A stretch of DNA of 24,487 nt. It comes from Myxococcales bacterium (GTDB lineage Bacteria > Myxococcota_A > UBA9042). This document shows, one piece after another, positions 6,220 through 14,616 of this stretch. Within the stretch, counting starts at the first letter, position 1. Each line of letters opens with the position of its first letter. Location of the stretch: the NCBI GenBank assembly GCA_037441385.1, contig JBBISH010000098.1, positions 1 through 24,487 on the forward strand. The letters run 5' to 3'. Below the pieces are notes generated by a model, which did not search any database, was not told where the DNA came from, and saw only the letters and a program-made list of their open reading frames with translations. The translations under genes and the position numbers were made by a program.

Positions 6220-8799
6220 ATGCGCAACCTGCGCTCTGTGTATGTGGCCAGCGCCGAGTTCTCGGCCCGCGACCTGGCGCCGCTGGACCCGGAACTGACG
6301 GTGGGGCCGGCGTTTTTCGCGCGCGGCGACGGGATCACCCCGCACAGCCTGTCGGCCTATCTGCACCAGGCGGCCGAGCTGGCGATCCTGCGCACCGCGC
6401 AACTGCGCGCCGGTGAGACCGAAAAGGGCGACTTTGCCGCCGCGGCCGCCGAGGTCAAGCGGAGCATCGGCATGCTGCGGGTGGCGACCATGCCGGACCT
6501 GGTGCCACTGAGCGACGACCTGACTTTGGGGCTGTATTCGTCGCGCCTCAAGACGTCGCTTGGGTTGGCGCACGGCTGCTCGGCGCGGCTCGAGGCGGGG
6601 TCGTCGGACGCGGGCGCGGCGGTTTTTGCCTCGACGGTCTGGGAGTTGGCCCATGCCGACGAGCCGACTTGCGCTTTGGTGGTGGCCGGGCAGGTCCATC
6701 CCGATAGCGAAACGGCCGGCGTGTTGCGCCAGGTCGCGCGCGTCTTGGACCCCGAGGAGCAGCGCCTGGGGCTGACCATGCTGAGTGTGGGCGATCTCCT
6801 CACCGACTACTACCTGTGGCGTCTCAAACGCGGCGGTCATCCGTGTTGGGACGGCACGAGCAGCGCGGTCGAGGCCGCGGACCGTGTGTTTCGCCGCGCC
6901 TGCGCCTCGAAGATGGCCCTGGCCAAGCACTACCGTGCGGCCGCCCGCACCAGCCTGGGTGCCCACACTGGCGTGTTCCCTGGCACCAACCTACTCCACG
7001 GCAGCACCATCGCCCGCGCCGGCACCGGGGCCTGTGCGGTCTTGCTCACGAATTCGCCCGCTTTGGTCCCGCAGCACCAGCGGCTGGTGCGGGTCCTGGG
7101 CACCGGCATCGGCGAGACGCACACCGCCATGACCGCGCGCCCCGAGCCGCTGGCCTTCCATCGCGCCATTCGCGAGTCGCTCGGCGACCTATGCGGGGCG
7201 ATGGGCGTGCGGCGCAACTTCCTGCGCGCCAGCTCGTTTTGCGTGCTGCACGACGCGTTTTCGGTCATCGAGCTCGCCTTCTTGGAAGAGCTGGGCCTGC
7301 CGCTGCCGGTGGCGGTCGAGCGGCTGGGCACGCCGTGGGCCAATCCCTACGGGGGGTTGCTGGCCTTCCACCACTCGTTCGCCGCCTCGGGTCTGGTGCA
7401 AATTGCCAAGGCGTTCCACGTACTGGTGGGCTCGCGGGCGCACATCGACCGCAGCGACGACTTGCACCCCAAATTCCGCGACCTGCCGGCGCGCTGCCTC
7501 ACCACCTCGGTGGGCGGCCCGCTTTCGCACGTGGTGTGCACCGTGCTGGCCGCCAGCGAGCGGCCGGCCGACCCAAGCGACGACGCGCCGGCGCGACCGG
7601 TGGCGTTGCGGTTCCGCGGTCGGCACGGGTCGAGCGGTACTGCCAGTGCCCAGGCGGAGTTCCTGAATGCCGCGCTGTCGCAACTGGCCCGGTTGGTGCC
7701 GCCCGAGCTGGCAGTGGTCGAGGGGGTGACGCATGTGCTCAGCCCCGGCGCGGCCAATCCGCAGCGGCCCCAGAGCCAACGCGTGGCGATGGTGCTGCGA
7801 CAGACGCCGCCGGGCGGCCACCAGCGCCACCTGCTGCCGATTGGCGACGAGGCCTTGCAGATCGGCGAGTTGTTGGCCGTGCAGGCGCAGGGCGCTGGTT
7901 TGGTTCGCGACACTAGGCTGGCGGTACGCCCTTGGTTCTTTGCCGACGACCCACAAGCCGGTGTCGTTTGGCAGGATTTTGGCCGGGCCCTTCGCCAAGA
8001 CCGGTCAGGCCAGGGTCCGCATTGGCTCGCAGCGATCGGAGCCGATGCTGCGGCGGCCTCGGACCCGCGCGGGAATGCTCACCAGCAAGCGCGGTCCGTC
8101 CTCTTGGAGCTGGTAACCCATTTTGCCGACTGGTGGAACCGCCACGGCGACGCGCGCTCGACGCCACCGCTGCCCGCGCCGCTGCGGCAAGCGATCGCGG
8201 ATTTTGGTTTTGGCCCGGCCGACGTGGCGGCCTACCGGCGCCTGCTGCGCGACTTGGGCGATCTGCTTGCCGTGGAGGTTATGCTTCCGCAGCGAAGCGG
8301 CTACTTTGGCTTGCTCTTGGCGCAGTTGGACTGCGCGGACGACGACACCGAGCGGCTGGACTGTTTGGGTCAACAGCTGCGCATCGCTGAGGCCTGGCTG
8401 GCCGGCACCGAGCTGACCATCAAGCGCCATCGCCGAGAGTTCCAGCTGACCACCCGCCTGCCCGCCAACGCGACCGAGCGGAGCAACGACCGGGCCGAGC
8501 ACGCCGACCGACTGCTGGGTTTTGCCCGCGAACTTCTGCAGTTGGCCAGCCTGGCCCGCCTCCAGTTGCGGGTGGTCGTGACCATGGGCCCCGGGCTAGA
8601 GGTTGCGGAACCGGACGGCCGCCAAGGGGTGGTCCCGTCGGCAGAGACCTTGAGTGAACTCAAGCGCCTACCGGCCTGCCCGCTGGGCGTGCTTTGTTGC
8701 GCTGACCGGCCCGAGCTGCGCGAAGCGGTTGGGCGGCTGCGGCCCGTGCACCTGGAAATTCCCGTGCAGTTGCTGCGGAACGGCGTCGCGCCGGGCTGA
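6220..8799 (+). CDS. Multidomain protein: degenerate SCP2-type thiolase fold + DUF35-like OB-fold + degenerate class III nucleotide cyclase-like domain
   Basis: GAGG RBS upstream. Thiolase motifs TGACAVLLT (cf. DGAAAVVL), LHDAFSVIELAFLEELGL (cf. HDCF loop) and NPYGGLLAFHHSFAASGLVQI (cf. NPSGGL..GHP..ATG..Q). The nucleophile loop reads EAGSSDAG with no Cys. The thiolase assignment is well supported; the two later domains are weaker. Confidence 0.7.
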   Translation: MRNLRSVYVASAEFSARDLAPLDPELTVGPAFFARGDGITPHSLSAYLHQAAELAILRTAQLRAGETEKGDFAAAAAEVKRSIGMLRVATMPDLVPLSDDLTLGLYSSRLKTSLGLAHGCSARLEAGSSDAGAAVFASTVWELAHADEPTCALVVAGQVHPDSETAGVLRQVARVLDPEEQRLGLTMLSVGDLLTDYYLWRLKRGGHPCWDGTSSAVEAADRVFRRACASKMALAKHYRAAARTSLGAHTGVFPGTNLLHGSTIARAGTGACAVLLTNSPALVPQHQRLVRVLGTGIGETHTAMTARPEPLAFHRAIRESLGDLCGAMGVRRNFLRASSFCVLHDAFSVIELAFLEELGLPLPVAVERLGTPWANPYGGLLAFHHSFAASGLVQIAKAFHVLVGSRAHIDRSDDLHPKFRDLPARCLTTSVGGPLSHVVCTVLAASERPADPSDDAPARPVALRFRGRHGSSGTASAQAEFLNAALSQLARLVPPELAVVEGVTHVLSPGAANPQRPQSQRVAMVLRQTPPGGHQRHLLPIGDEALQIGELLAVQAQGAGLVRDTRLAVRPWFFADDPQAGVVWQDFGRALRQDRSGQGPHWLAAIGADAAAASDPRGNAHQQARSVLLELVTHFADWWNRHGDARSTPPLPAPLRQAIADFGFGPADVAAYRRLLRDLGDLLAVEVMLPQRSGYFGLLLAQLDCADDDTERLDCLGQQLRIAEAWLAGTELTIKRHRREFQLTTRLPANATERSNDRAEHADRLLGFARELLQLASLARLQLRVVVTMGPGLEVAEPDGRQGVVPSAETLSELKRLPACPLGVLCCADRPELREAVGRLRPVHLEIPVQLLRNGVAPG

Positions 8800-8859
8800 T
8801 TGGTCTTGCGTCCACCGCCCGATTCGCTACGCTGCCGCCCAACCAAGGCGAGGTAGCGG

Positions 8860-11289
8860 ATGCAGACACGGTGGACGAGGAGCCTGGGCGCGATCGGGAC
8901 CCTGGCGGTGGTGGCGTTGAGCTACGGCTGTGATTCGTCAACGGCGACGGCCAGCAAGGCCGCAGACGCACAGGCTGGCGACACGCACAGCGGCGACGGC
9001 GGCGGTGACAGCAGCACCAGCGACAGCACAGCCACGGACACCGCAACTGGCGATACCGCGGCCGGCGACACGACCAGCGCCGACGTGGACCAGGGCACCG
9101 GCCCGCTGAAGGCGCAAGGCAGCGTCAAGCAAGTCTTTGTCACCCACGCCACACCGTCGACGGCGCTTGAGCTGCGGGACAGCGCAGGCAAGGTCTTGGC
9201 CACTGGCGCAGCGGACTACCTGGGCAGCCTGGTGTTCCGCAAGGTAGCACCCGGCAAGGGCTATCGCGTTTACGTCAAGGACACGCCCAGCCAGTACAGC
9301 GGTCCGGTCGACGTGCTGGACAGCGCCGAGAGCCTGCCGCCCACTTCGTTCTACAGCAAACAGCCCATCCACGCGGGCAACGGCTACATCACCACCCGCG
9401 ACGGCACTACGCTTGCCTATTTCGCCACGCTGCCGGGGCCCGAAGACAAAGGGCCGTACCCCACCGTCGTCAACTACTCGGGCTACGACCCAGGCCGGCC
9501 GGGCAGCAAAATCGTGCCGGCCGACAAGGAGTCGCTATGCGGCGCCATTCCGGTGCTATGCAATGCCCCCTCGGACCCCAGCGCCATGACCGCCGCCGTG
9601 GCCGGCTACGCCACCGTCAGCGTCAACATCCGCGGCACCGGCTGCTCGGGCGGCGCGTACGACTACTTCGAGGAGCTGCAACTGCTCGACGGCTACGACG
9701 TCATCGAGACGGTGGCCGCGCAACCCTGGGTGGCGCATCACAAAGTTGGCATGGTCGGCCTGTCGTATCCCGGCATCACCCAGCTGTTCGTGGCCAAGAC
9801 TCAGCCGCCCAGCCTGGCGGCGATCGCGCCGTTTTCCGTCATCGGCAACACCGCCACCACCCTGGTGCCCGGCGGCATCCTGAACAACGGCTTTGCCCTG
9901 AACTGGATCGACCACGTCTACAAGAAGGCCGGCCCGTACGCCCAAGGCTGGGAGCAGGCCAAGGTCGACGCAGGTGACATGGTCTGCAAGGAAAATCAGC
10001 TCTTGCATGACCAGCGCGTCAACAACGTCGAGCAGGCCAAGGATCCCAAATACTACGATGCGTCGGTCATTACCCCGCTGAACCCGACCGCGTGGGCCGA
10101 CCAGATCCTGGTGCCCGTGTTCATGGCCTGTGCGTTCCAAGACGAGCAGACCGGTCCGTTCTTCACGACGTTGATGGACAAGTTCAAGCAGGCGCCCAGC
10201 CGGCGCTTCACGGCCTACAACGGCGTGCACGCCGACGGTTTCGCCCCGCAGGTTCTGGCAGAATGGAAGGCGTTCCTGGACATCTATGTGGCCCAGCAAG
10301 TACCTACCCTGCCAGCGTTTTTCAATCTGTTGGCGCCGCAGATGAGCGAGCAGATCTTCAGCGTGGCGTTGGGCTTGCCCAAGAGCCGCTGGGATGGCGT
10401 CAAAACCCTGCAAGAGGCCAAGCAAAAGTGGGAGAGCGAGCCCGAGGTGCGGGTCCTCTTTGAAGACGGCGCCACCGACCCCATCGGCGGGCCCCACGCC
10501 CACTTCGAGCAGAGCTTTGCCAAATGGCCGCTGCCTGACACGCAGGCGCAGCGCTGGTACTTCCAGTCCGACGGATCGCTGCAAACCAGCAAGCCCACAG
10601 CGGCTTTCGCTGCCTCTAGCTTTGATCTGGACCCCGAGGCCGGCCAGCGCGGCATCGGTTCCAAAGACCTGTGGAGTGCCAACGCGACTTACAACTGGGC
10701 AGTGCCCGGCCAGGGCAAGCAAGTGGCCTATACCACTGCGGCTTTGGAGGCCGACACGGTCATGGTCGGCACGGGCAGCGTGGACCTGTGGGTCCAGACT
10801 CTGGCCGACGACGTGACCGACGCGGACATCGAAGTCAACCTGAGCGAAGTGCGGCCCGACGGTCAAGAGCGCTACGTACAAAGCGGTTGGCTGCGCGCCT
10901 CGTTCCGTCAGCTCACGGCCGAGTCGAGCGAGCTGTGGCCCGAGCCGCAGCTGCTTTTTGCGGCCAAGAAGCCGTTGGCCAAGGGTGCTTGGGAGCCGAT
11001 GCGCGTCGCCATTGCCGGCTTTGCTCACGTGTTCCGCAAGGGCTCGCGGATCCGCATCACGGTCGACACGCCCGGCGACAGTCGCGCCGATTGGCGCTTT
11101 GATCTCCTGCAGTTCCCGCACCCGGTCAGCTACCACATCGCCCACGACGCCAACCACCCGTCCAGCGTGGCGCTGCCGCTGCAGCCCAAGGTGACGGTCC
11201 CGGCCGAGGCGACCTTGCCGCCGTGCCCGTCGCTGCGCGGGCAGCAGTGCCGCACCTTTGTCGACACCAAGAACGTGCAGGTCAACTAG
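8860..11289 (+). CDS. CocE/NonD-family (peptidase S15-like) serine hydrolase, lipoprotein
   Basis: Signal ending VVALSYG-C and a D/T/S/G-rich linker. Motifs ITTRDGTTL, GPYPTVVNYSGY, RGTGCSGG, DGYDVIETVAAQPW and nucleophile GMVGLSYPG (GxSYxG). C-terminal jelly-roll motifs GWLRAS and AHVFRKGSRIRI. Confidence 0.9.
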   Translation: MQTRWTRSLGAIGTLAVVALSYGCDSSTATASKAADAQAGDTHSGDGGGDSSTSDSTATDTATGDTAAGDTTSADVDQGTGPLKAQGSVKQVFVTHATPSTALELRDSAGKVLATGAADYLGSLVFRKVAPGKGYRVYVKDTPSQYSGPVDVLDSAESLPPTSFYSKQPIHAGNGYITTRDGTTLAYFATLPGPEDKGPYPTVVNYSGYDPGRPGSKIVPADKESLCGAIPVLCNAPSDPSAMTAAVAGYATVSVNIRGTGCSGGAYDYFEELQLLDGYDVIETVAAQPWVAHHKVGMVGLSYPGITQLFVAKTQPPSLAAIAPFSVIGNTATTLVPGGILNNGFALNWIDHVYKKAGPYAQGWEQAKVDAGDMVCKENQLLHDQRVNNVEQAKDPKYYDASVITPLNPTAWADQILVPVFMACAFQDEQTGPFFTTLMDKFKQAPSRRFTAYNGVHADGFAPQVLAEWKAFLDIYVAQQVPTLPAFFNLLAPQMSEQIFSVALGLPKSRWDGVKTLQEAKQKWESEPEVRVLFEDGATDPIGGPHAHFEQSFAKWPLPDTQAQRWYFQSDGSLQTSKPTAAFAASSFDLDPEAGQRGIGSKDLWSANATYNWAVPGQGKQVAYTTAALEADTVMVGTGSVDLWVQTLADDVTDADIEVNLSEVRPDGQERYVQSGWLRASFRQLTAESSELWPEPQLLFAAKKPLAKGAWEPMRVAIAGFAHVFRKGSRIRITVDTPGDSRADWRFDLLQFPHPVSYHIAHDANHPSSVALPLQPKVTVPAEATLPPCPSLRGQQCRTFVDTKNVQVN

Positions 11290-11450
11290 CCCGTTGCCTC
11301 CGACTGGCTGGCAAGTGGGGCACCGCGGCCCCGCGCCGCCGTGGCCAGGGTTGAGTCGCAGACGCTCAAAGCGTATCGTGGCGCTATTCCGGGCGGTTTG
11401 TGGCCGCCCTGGCTGTTGCGTCTAGCCCCAACTGTCCGCGAGTGTGCCCC

Positions 11451-13043
11451 ATGGCCCAGCAAACGACACCGGCCCCGGCCGCGCCGCAAAAGGCGGCCCC
11501 TTCCACCGCGGCCGCGCGCAAGCCACAAGCCGGGTCGCCAGCCAGCCCTGCCGGTGCAAGTCCTGCCGCCGCCCTGGCCGGCAAGCCCTATGCCGAGCAA
11601 CGCACGGCCGTCGATCCCGCGCGCCAGCCGGGAGCGGACAAGCAGGCCGAGGCGCTGAAGCCCTCAGCGGCGCTTCGTCCCGCGGGAGCAGGAGCTAAGG
11701 CGGCGAAATCTGAAAAGATTTCTGAGGTCGATAATCAGTTCTACGGCCACGGCGCATTCATGGGCGCGGCTCCAGAGTTGCTGCGTGATCCGCGCTGGTC
11801 GCGCATCCTCAAAGCGCTGATGCCCGACGTCTGGGGCGACATTGACGAGGCGCTGCGCGGCGGCGAGAAGTCGAGCAAAATCATTCCGATGATGGAGAAC
11901 AACCCCGTGATGGCGGCCTACGGCGCCTGGCAGACCAAGGCCATGGACGACCGCGCTGAGGGCGGTAAAACCGGCCGGGTCGGCAAGCAGAAGGCCATGG
12001 AGTGGGACTGCTTCTTGCCCGCCGGTGTGGTCAGCCAGTGGAAGGCCGCGGCGTCGCCCGAGCAGAAGGCCAAGCTTGCCCCGCAACTGGTGGACAACAT
12101 GGTCATCGCCCACGGCGACCAGACCAGCACGATCCTTGAGAACAAGACCTGGTGGCGGCAGTACGACGGTGTGCGCAAGACGCGCAAGTCGGGCTACGGC
12201 GGCGTGATGCCGGCGGACTGGGTGGACTTGTTCGGCAAGGCCTTGCAGCTGGCGGGCGATGCCCAGTGGCAGCAGAAGGCGGCGCAGTACGAGGATCCCA
12301 AGCAGAGCAAGCGCGTCAACACGCCCGACGACCAGACCACGGACAAGACGTTCAAGGACAAGCTGTCGTTCGACAGCGTGATCGCCCTGTACAAGAAAGT
12401 GTTCGGCGCCGAGAAGTTCAGCGTCATCCTGGACGTGAAGTCGCGCGACGCGACGCCCGATGTGCTGAAGGCGCTGGTGGGCGAGCTCAACAAGCGCGGC
12501 GTGCACGTGGAAGGCGCGGGCGATTTCGTGTTCAGCGAGATCGAGGGCCTGAGCGAGATGCAGCAGCAGGTGGGCGGCAAGAGCTACGAAGGCCCCAAAG
12601 AGATCAAGTTCTTCCACTTTGCGGGCGAGCTGCAGCAGGCGTGCGCCGCCAAGGTGATCAAGCCTGGCAACCATGTCATGTTCAATGCGTCGTGCCTGGT
12701 CTCGTACGACAAGCTGGCGTTTGGCGCGGCCAAGCAGGCCAGCTACGCGATCAAGAGCGACGTGGTCAAGCAACTGTCGGAATGGAAGAAGAAATTTGGC
12801 TTCCATCTGGGCCTGTACGTGCAAGAGTCCGACATCGACCCGCACGCGGCCGAGCTCATCACCAAAACGTGCAACCAAGAGGCCGGGCTCGTCGATCTGG
12901 GCTTTGCTTGGGGCGGGCTGTCCGGCAAGAGCGCCGGCGACGTGGCCCCCAGCCTGACCAGCGCGACCATCGGCGACGCCGGCCAGGCCTGGGTCGGCAA
13001 GCAGTGGGATCCCAGCATGGAGATGCCCAAGGGTAAGACATGA
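11451..13043 (+). CDS. Putative PLC-like phosphodiesterase (GDPD / SMase D / FAM151-type TIM barrel) with a low-complexity N-terminal leader
   Basis: ATG at 11451 (MAQQTT). Motifs in the superfamily order: FYGHG (His 11748), MEWD (ExD, 11997), MVIAHG (His 12111) and VILDVKS (DxK, 12429). No Sec signal. Strong GC3 codon bias. Confidence 0.55.
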   Translation: MAQQTTPAPAAPQKAAPSTAAARKPQAGSPASPAGASPAAALAGKPYAEQRTAVDPARQPGADKQAEALKPSAALRPAGAGAKAAKSEKISEVDNQFYGHGAFMGAAPELLRDPRWSRILKALMPDVWGDIDEALRGGEKSSKIIPMMENNPVMAAYGAWQTKAMDDRAEGGKTGRVGKQKAMEWDCFLPAGVVSQWKAAASPEQKAKLAPQLVDNMVIAHGDQTSTILENKTWWRQYDGVRKTRKSGYGGVMPADWVDLFGKALQLAGDAQWQQKAAQYEDPKQSKRVNTPDDQTTDKTFKDKLSFDSVIALYKKVFGAEKFSVILDVKSRDATPDVLKALVGELNKRGVHVEGAGDFVFSEIEGLSEMQQQVGGKSYEGPKEIKFFHFAGELQQACAAKVIKPGNHVMFNASCLVSYDKLAFGAAKQASYAIKSDVVKQLSEWKKKFGFHLGLYVQESDIDPHAAELITKTCNQEAGLVDLGFAWGGLSGKSAGDVAPSLTSATIGDAGQAWVGKQWDPSMEMPKGKT

Positions 13044-13615
13044 GCCTTTCGGTCAAGGAGTTGCGCGATATCGCCGCCGAAGGCGACTGGGACGAGCTGG
13101 CCGGTGCGGCCACCCCGGCGGAAGTGCTGGCCGCCTTGGGACCCGAGCAGGCCCTGGCGGCCGCGCACGGGGCGAGCCACAACACCTGGAATAGCCAGTC
13201 GGTGACGCGCTACGGCGTGGCGCTGTACACGCACCTGCAGCAGGCCGCGCCCGCCGCCTGGCAGGCCGACTGGCGCCACGAACTGGCCCTCGCTGAGGCC
13301 GCCGACCGCGTGTTTGCCTTCGACGTGCGCAATCAAGCGTTGCAGCGGGCCCTGGCCGCGCACACGCCGCCCCGGCTGGAAGTGGCCTGGCAGCTGGCCG
13401 AAACGCTGTATGCGCCTGAGCAAGCACCGTTGTCGCTGGCACAGGTCACCGACCTGCTGCGCGCTGCGCTTGACGGCTCGGAGCCCGCGTTTGCCTTGGC
13501 CGCCGCGCGCTTGGCGTGGCTCTATGAGCAGCAGGGGCAGGGCGAGCAGGCCGCGACCTGGCGGGCCCGTGAAGCCGAGTTGCGGGCTGCGGGGGCTGTG
13601 GAGCCGGCGGCCTGA
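13040..13615 (+). CDS. Small alpha-helical (TPR-like) hypothetical protein, translationally coupled to the upstream gene
   Basis: ATGA overlap at 13040-13043. Ala/Leu-rich helices with TPR-like AAARLAWLYEQQGQGEQAATWR. Confidence 0.75.
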   Translation: MSLSVKELRDIAAEGDWDELAGAATPAEVLAALGPEQALAAAHGASHNTWNSQSVTRYGVALYTHLQQAAPAAWQADWRHELALAEAADRVFAFDVRNQALQRALAAHTPPRLEVAWQLAETLYAPEQAPLSLAQVTDLLRAALDGSEPAFALAAARLAWLYEQQGQGEQAATWRAREAELRAAGAVEPAA

Positions 13616-13628
13616 CGACCCGCTCCCG

Positions 13629-14600
13629 CTATTGCGCCAGCACCTGCAGAGTCACCTTGCTGCCCACCACCAGTTCGACGCAGCCGCTCTCCCACGCCGC
13701 CGACACGGGCATCGAGTCGACGGTCTGCCGCTGCAGCCACGCCGTCGCCGCGCCCGAGACGCCGTAGCCGAGTAGGGCATCCGTAAGCCCCACAGGGACT
13801 TCTAGGTGGCCGGTGTCTGGCACGTCGCAGGTCAGCGTCACCGGCGTCAGGCCGTGCTGGTCCACGTTGAGCGACAAGTGCACTTGCACGCCGGGCACCG
13901 CGGCGGCCGGCTGCCAGTCCAGGCTGAAGACCTTGCCCTTCTGCAGGGTTCCGGCCTTGTTCGGCACGCTGAGCGGCGCCACGCCGTAGCCGTCCAGGCC
14001 AAAGGCCACGGTGGGGTTGCCGCTAACCGACAAGGTGATTTCGGAACCGGTCGCGTAGGGGTCGGCGTCAAAGTCCGTGAAAAAGTAGTCCTTGTTCGCA
14101 CCCTTGGCCGTCATCACCACCGGCTTGATCAGCCCGGTGACGGTGACCTTGCCCACGTCTAGCGGCGCCGGGAACGGCTGACAGCCGCCGTTGCGCACGC
14201 ACTGCTGTGTGCCGGTGCAAGCCGGCGAGCAGACCGCGGCCTTGCGCTGCCATAGCTTGCAGGCCCCCTGACTCTCTTTGGCGACCAGGACTTGCAGGGC
14301 GTCGATGCGGTCGGCGACGTTGCCCGACACCGAGCTGCCGTACTCGCTGTCTTGCAGCACCTCGAAGCGGCCGACGCGGCGGTCCTGCTCGCACGGACCC
14401 TGCCACTTGAGCACCGAAGTGCTGGTGTCGCCTTGTGAATCGCTGCCAGTGGCTGTGTCGGCCCTGCTGTCGGGGCTTGGACTGTCGGCGCTGCTCGCAT
14501 CGGTCTTGCTGCCGGCATCGGTGGCGCTGGTCGAGGGCGTGGAGCCGCACGCCGCGACGAGCCAAATCGCAAGAGTCACTGCAACTGCGGAAAAACGCAT
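13629..14600 (-). CDS. Hypothetical lipoprotein with Cys-containing, beta-rich domain
   Basis: GGAG RBS 7 nt before the ATG at 14600. Signal MRFSAVAVTLAIWLVAA-C, an S/T/D-rich linker, a CSPAC...C...C motif and LTCDVPDTG. Confidence 0.8.
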   Translation of the reverse strand: MRFSAVAVTLAIWLVAACGSTPSTSATDAGSKTDASSADSPSPDSRADTATGSDSQGDTSTSVLKWQGPCEQDRRVGRFEVLQDSEYGSSVSGNVADRIDALQVLVAKESQGACKLWQRKAAVCSPACTGTQQCVRNGGCQPFPAPLDVGKVTVTGLIKPVVMTAKGANKDYFFTDFDADPYATGSEITLSVSGNPTVAFGLDGYGVAPLSVPNKAGTLQKGKVFSLDWQPAAAVPGVQVHLSLNVDQHGLTPVTLTCDVPDTGHLEVPVGLTDALLGYGVSGAATAWLQRQTVDSMPVSAAWESGCVELVVGSKVTLQVLAQ

Positions 14601-14616
14601 AGTCATTCTCCGGAAC

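Noticed and set aside
9556..12878. Minus-strand ORFs of 533 aa (9556-11157) and 404 aa (11664-12878)
   Set aside because: Codon-register shadows of the CocE and phosphodiesterase-like genes.
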